Shown here one piece after another: positions 60,135 through 64,000 of a DNA stretch of 64,000 bases. The stretch spans positions 4,278,001 through 4,342,000 of the forward strand of contig NW_027271001.1 of assembly GCF_040938485.1 (NCBI RefSeq), given 5' to 3'. Each line of letters starts with the position of its first letter. Within the stretch, counting starts at the first letter, position 1. The notes under the pieces are model-generated. The model worked only from the letters and a program-made list of their open reading frames with translations, ran no database searches and had not been told where the DNA came from. The DNA is from Diadema antillarum (lineage: Eukaryota). Made by a program: the position numbers and the translations under genes.

Positions 60135-63100
60135 ACTATGTGCCGTGTTATGGTGAATTTTGTGAAACTCTGGTTTCATGGCTTCCTGTGTGAAACCGTG
60201 TCTAAAAGTTGTGAAATTTTTTCTATATCAGGGATGCATGCTATTGTGGGTCTCTTTTTTTTTCCTTTTTCTATTCTTCTTTCTTTTTTTTTTTTTTGCT
60301 GTGAATGTTCACATTCTGGGGCTTTCTTTGATGAAAAAAAGAAAGAGAAGGGTAGAAATTTGTGTTTGATAATGTAAATGTTTTGTGTGAGGCATTATCT
60401 TGCCTGGCTGTTCACTTAAACTCTCTTCATGTGGACGTGAAAAATTGATGACCTATTTCACCACTACGTGCCAGCCATCTACCATTGGACCAAATGTAGC
60501 AGCATCATTCCACAAATTTCTGAGTGAATTTTAGCATTGAGGTATCTCAATTTACTTTTATATGAGAATATATTATCATTTGAGATTAATACAGTTTTTC
60601 TTATTCAGAGCTCTGCAGTCTTTGTGTCAGAGCCACTCTAACTGGTTCTTGGTCTGAATCCTGTGAGAAATTAATTATCGCATACGAATATTAACTCACA
60701 TGATTTAATACTGACATGATAAAGTAGTTTAGAAGAACTGTAAACATATTTTTAGTAGGTTTATACTAATGTATGCATATTGTATCCCAATATTTGACTA
60801 TGAATCATGTCCATTCTCCTCCCCCACTTCTCATGTGAAGAAGACATACAGTGCTATATCCATCTTGACTTTATCCGAAGAAGATTTTCACATGATTTCC
60901 AAAAGTTTTTGTCACTTTCAATGTTCTCTTCATTGATACCTCAAAGTCTTAGTACATTTCTGCCATTATTTGATACCCCCAAAGTCAGGGCAAATTTAAC
61001 ACTTTTTTGCTTTAAGATGGTAACTATATTCTATAGAAAAACAATTAAAGTGATGAGTTCAAATCTATGACGGCTGAAATCAAAATTATTGAGGAGGAGC
61101 AAATTTTTAAAAAATGTAAACACCACTGCAGCGCAATTTCATTAAACTTTTTACACCTGTTGTAATTTGCAATAATTTGCGGTTTTTGTGGCAGTAGCCA
61201 TGAAGCAACCAATCAGATGCAAATATGTGAGTTGTTACTGTGATAACTGTGATCAAAGCAACATTAAATCACTGCCCCCCCCTCCCCATTTTCCATGGAC
61301 ACCAGATCGTGTATGTGATTTCAGTCATTCAGCACTTGCATAGTATCAATCATTTTGAGCATGAGACTGAATTGAAAATTCAGCAGGAAACATCCTTTTC
61401 GATGAATATATATGTTGCTCTAAACCATGGAGCTACAATCTGTACACAGATCATGAGCCTGTGCATTGAAATAAATCTCGATGCCCAGTTACCACTCACA
61501 GTATTATATGGGTGGGACTGGGCTAAGAGAGAACGTAAAGCTTGCTGCTTTCTGTCTCTGCTCATTGGTCAAAACTTGTCAAAAATCAATCAAGATTAAT
61601 GCTCCGAGGTTACACTGCCTTCTTGACAGAAAAAACAGTGGCATGTGACATTATGTGGTCAGATTTAAAGAGATGAATGATGATCCATATTACAGAAAAT
61701 TTCTTATCAATTTTAGATTTTAAGAGGACTGTCAGAAGTATCCATGTTCAAAAGGGTGAAATCAGTCAAGAGATGTAAAAACTTGTGTAATATGGCTGTG
61801 AGTGTTTTTAAAATATTCTTGGCTCAGAAATATAAAAATCAGTTTTGCTTTAGGGATAGCTTAGATTTTGTTACTGGCAATAAATGCTTGCAAGCAAGGC
61901 CCCCTCTTGAAAAGAGGAAATGTACAAGTAAAGGTACATGTAATTGTTGAAGTAACTGTAATTGATTGAAGTCATGAAAACTTTCATTTGGAAATTTTAA
62001 ACTCATCTGATTGTGATGTACAAATGCATGAATATAGAAACATGTCTTGGTAGTTATTCAGAGCACTGTCACATTGAGGCACCAAAGATTGACGATATCT
62101 ATTCTTGCCAAGCCCCAGCAAGTTGTCAGAAAAATAGAGTAGGGTAAATGGTATCTTGCCATTTTGTGTTTTATTCTTGTAGTGATGAATACAAGATTCA
62201 AAATTGCGTTCATCCTTCTGATAGCATAACTCATCAACTCTACCATTATGTGTCTTACACAATGTCATGAATGCCTTCTTAATGTTGTAACTCCCCCCCC
62301 CCCCAAGCAAGCTTGTCACATCTATGTACGCCTGTTTTAGGCAGTTGCCATAAACATCAAATTCTTGGTGGCAATCCCCCCCCCCCCCCCATCACACTCC
62401 TGAATAACGTGCAAGTGTCCTGTGGAGCTATTAAATGATGTACAAAGATATTCACGTTGAAAATCTTAGGAACAAGTGAAATCCCGGTATTATCTGGTAC
62501 ATGCTAATTTCATTTTTTTAAGTTTGCGATGAAGAAGACAAGCAAATCTGAAGACCTCCAGAAATGTATTTGGTGCCTTAAGTTGTTTGTTTGTTTTTCT
62601 AAAGCTGTTTTCAAAATGATGCTGATGCTATAAGATTTATGATTCCATTTAGCACACCATGCCAAACATATCACTCGGTATCTCACGCTTTCTTCACTCA
62701 AAAAATTTGAACTGTGGACCAAATTTACATTTTAATACCATTTGTTTTTTAGTTTGTTGTTTCTGATTCATTCTGTATGCTGGGTAGTGGTATATAATTC
62801 TCAATTTTCTATAAAAAAGGGTACATTGTTGTGTGCAATCATCAACAGCGTACATACCTTGAACGTAAAAGGAAAATGGTGACTAGCTATAGAATTGCCT
62901 GTTTGCTGTTAGCGGTACTTTGGCACTGTGTGTGTGGGAGGTGAATGTTAAGTTCTGATTGGAACATTATATTGATTTGCAGTCATCACCAGCTGAGCAA
63001 TGTTCTTCTTGTTGTTGTCATGGAGTATAAATAGAACCACCTGTCCTTGTGGGCAGAGAGTAACAAAGTGTGATGTCATAGTTAATTCATTGCCATGGAA

Positions 63101-63455
63101 ACTGGTTTTAAAGAACTTCACCTGGCCTGAGTGTCAAGACAGAATTGCTCTGTGGTGCGTTGTTGGTGCAAACGTCCTGCAAATTGCCCGATGCAATTGT
63201 CATCATTGACATTCAAGACCTGTTATTTTTGCAGTGCCCAAAATTGAGTCATAAAACTGTTCCACTATGCTCTCATGGAATTCCTAAGTGACTAGCTTCA
63301 TTTGCAGTGTTGTTGTTTTGTTGTTTTATTTATTTTCTTTTTTTTTCTCATCACTTGTTTGTTGGCTTGTTAGATTCGCTGTTTCCAGCTTTGTAAATGT
63401 CATCACATTGATGATACAACAGTACCACATATTGTTTTGAAGCAACTTGATTTAA

Positions 63456-63540
63456 CCCTTTGAGGACGGGCTGATTTTGCTACAACACGCATTTCCCACA
63501 GACCCCGGCCCGAGTTTACTCGGGACTCGTCCTCAACGGG
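63456..63540. mobile_element. 85-bp piggyBac-like mini-element
   Basis: TTAA|CCCTTTGAGGACG ... CGTCCTCAACGGG|GTAA; internal hairpin CCCGAGT-TT-ACTCGGG. Confidence 0.65.
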
Positions 63541-64000
63541 GTAAGGTGGCATAACCTGAAATTTCATAGTCCTGTCCAAAGTAACATATCAAGATTGTGG
63601 TCTTCACATCATGTGTAAAACTTCATTTTGCAGACATGCACCTTATGCTTTTGCTACAATTGTTCCTTTCTCAAAAGAATTTGACAGATTTCATTTTAAA
63701 TTAGAGTTACTTGAAATGCCTGTCACGTCAATTATCCACTGTGCATGTGATAAACTGACCTAAAAAAAAGAATTCTTTCTAAACTATTCTTGTCGTGAAT
63801 GGTTGAGTTTGCCGATTGTTGCATGGTATATTGTAGACCTTGCAGATAAGGAAATTTTAATGAAATTACAAAACCTTGTCGGAAAACTCATTTACATTTG
63901 TATTGAAGCATACATTGAAGATATGGGTAAGGTGGAATTTTTTATGGCAACTATGTCTTTTTGTTTGTTTTATGAATCTTTAGTTACTACAGTAGTTGAT

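Noticed and set aside
61205-61230. CCAAT plus octamer ATGCAAAT
   Set aside because: No snRNA or histone gene nearby; similar CCAATCAG cores occur in MITE interiors in this window.

Overview
Eukaryotic, AT-rich, repeat-dense DNA with four N gaps. The repeat style suggests an echinoderm such as a sea urchin, but that is inference. There are no prokaryotic features. The window holds two tandem, same-strand, 8-coding-exon paralogs of the AGPAT3/AGPAT4 (LPAAT gamma/delta) acyltransferase family. Paralog A is at 6490-20267 (intact, 405 aa). Paralog B is at 34479-60134 (about 406 aa if repaired); as assembled its exon 4 carries a +1 and a -1 indel with an intervening stop. Intron 3 of B is expanded to 17.6 kb by nested mobile DNA. 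An ~8.3-kb Helentron/HINE-like element there carries a duplicated tRNA-headed repeat. A complete 4,013-bp hAT transposon (intact 838-aa transposase, 12-bp TIRs, unusual 6-bp TSD) has inserted into that repeat. Four short non-autonomous elements elsewhere also show 6-bp TSDs ending in G. A second HINE with ~330-bp tandem repeats sits just after the stop codon of paralog A. Many MITEs of TTAA, TA and 3-bp-TSD types fill the introns. TE superfamily names rest on terminal and TSD patterns read by eye, not on database searches.
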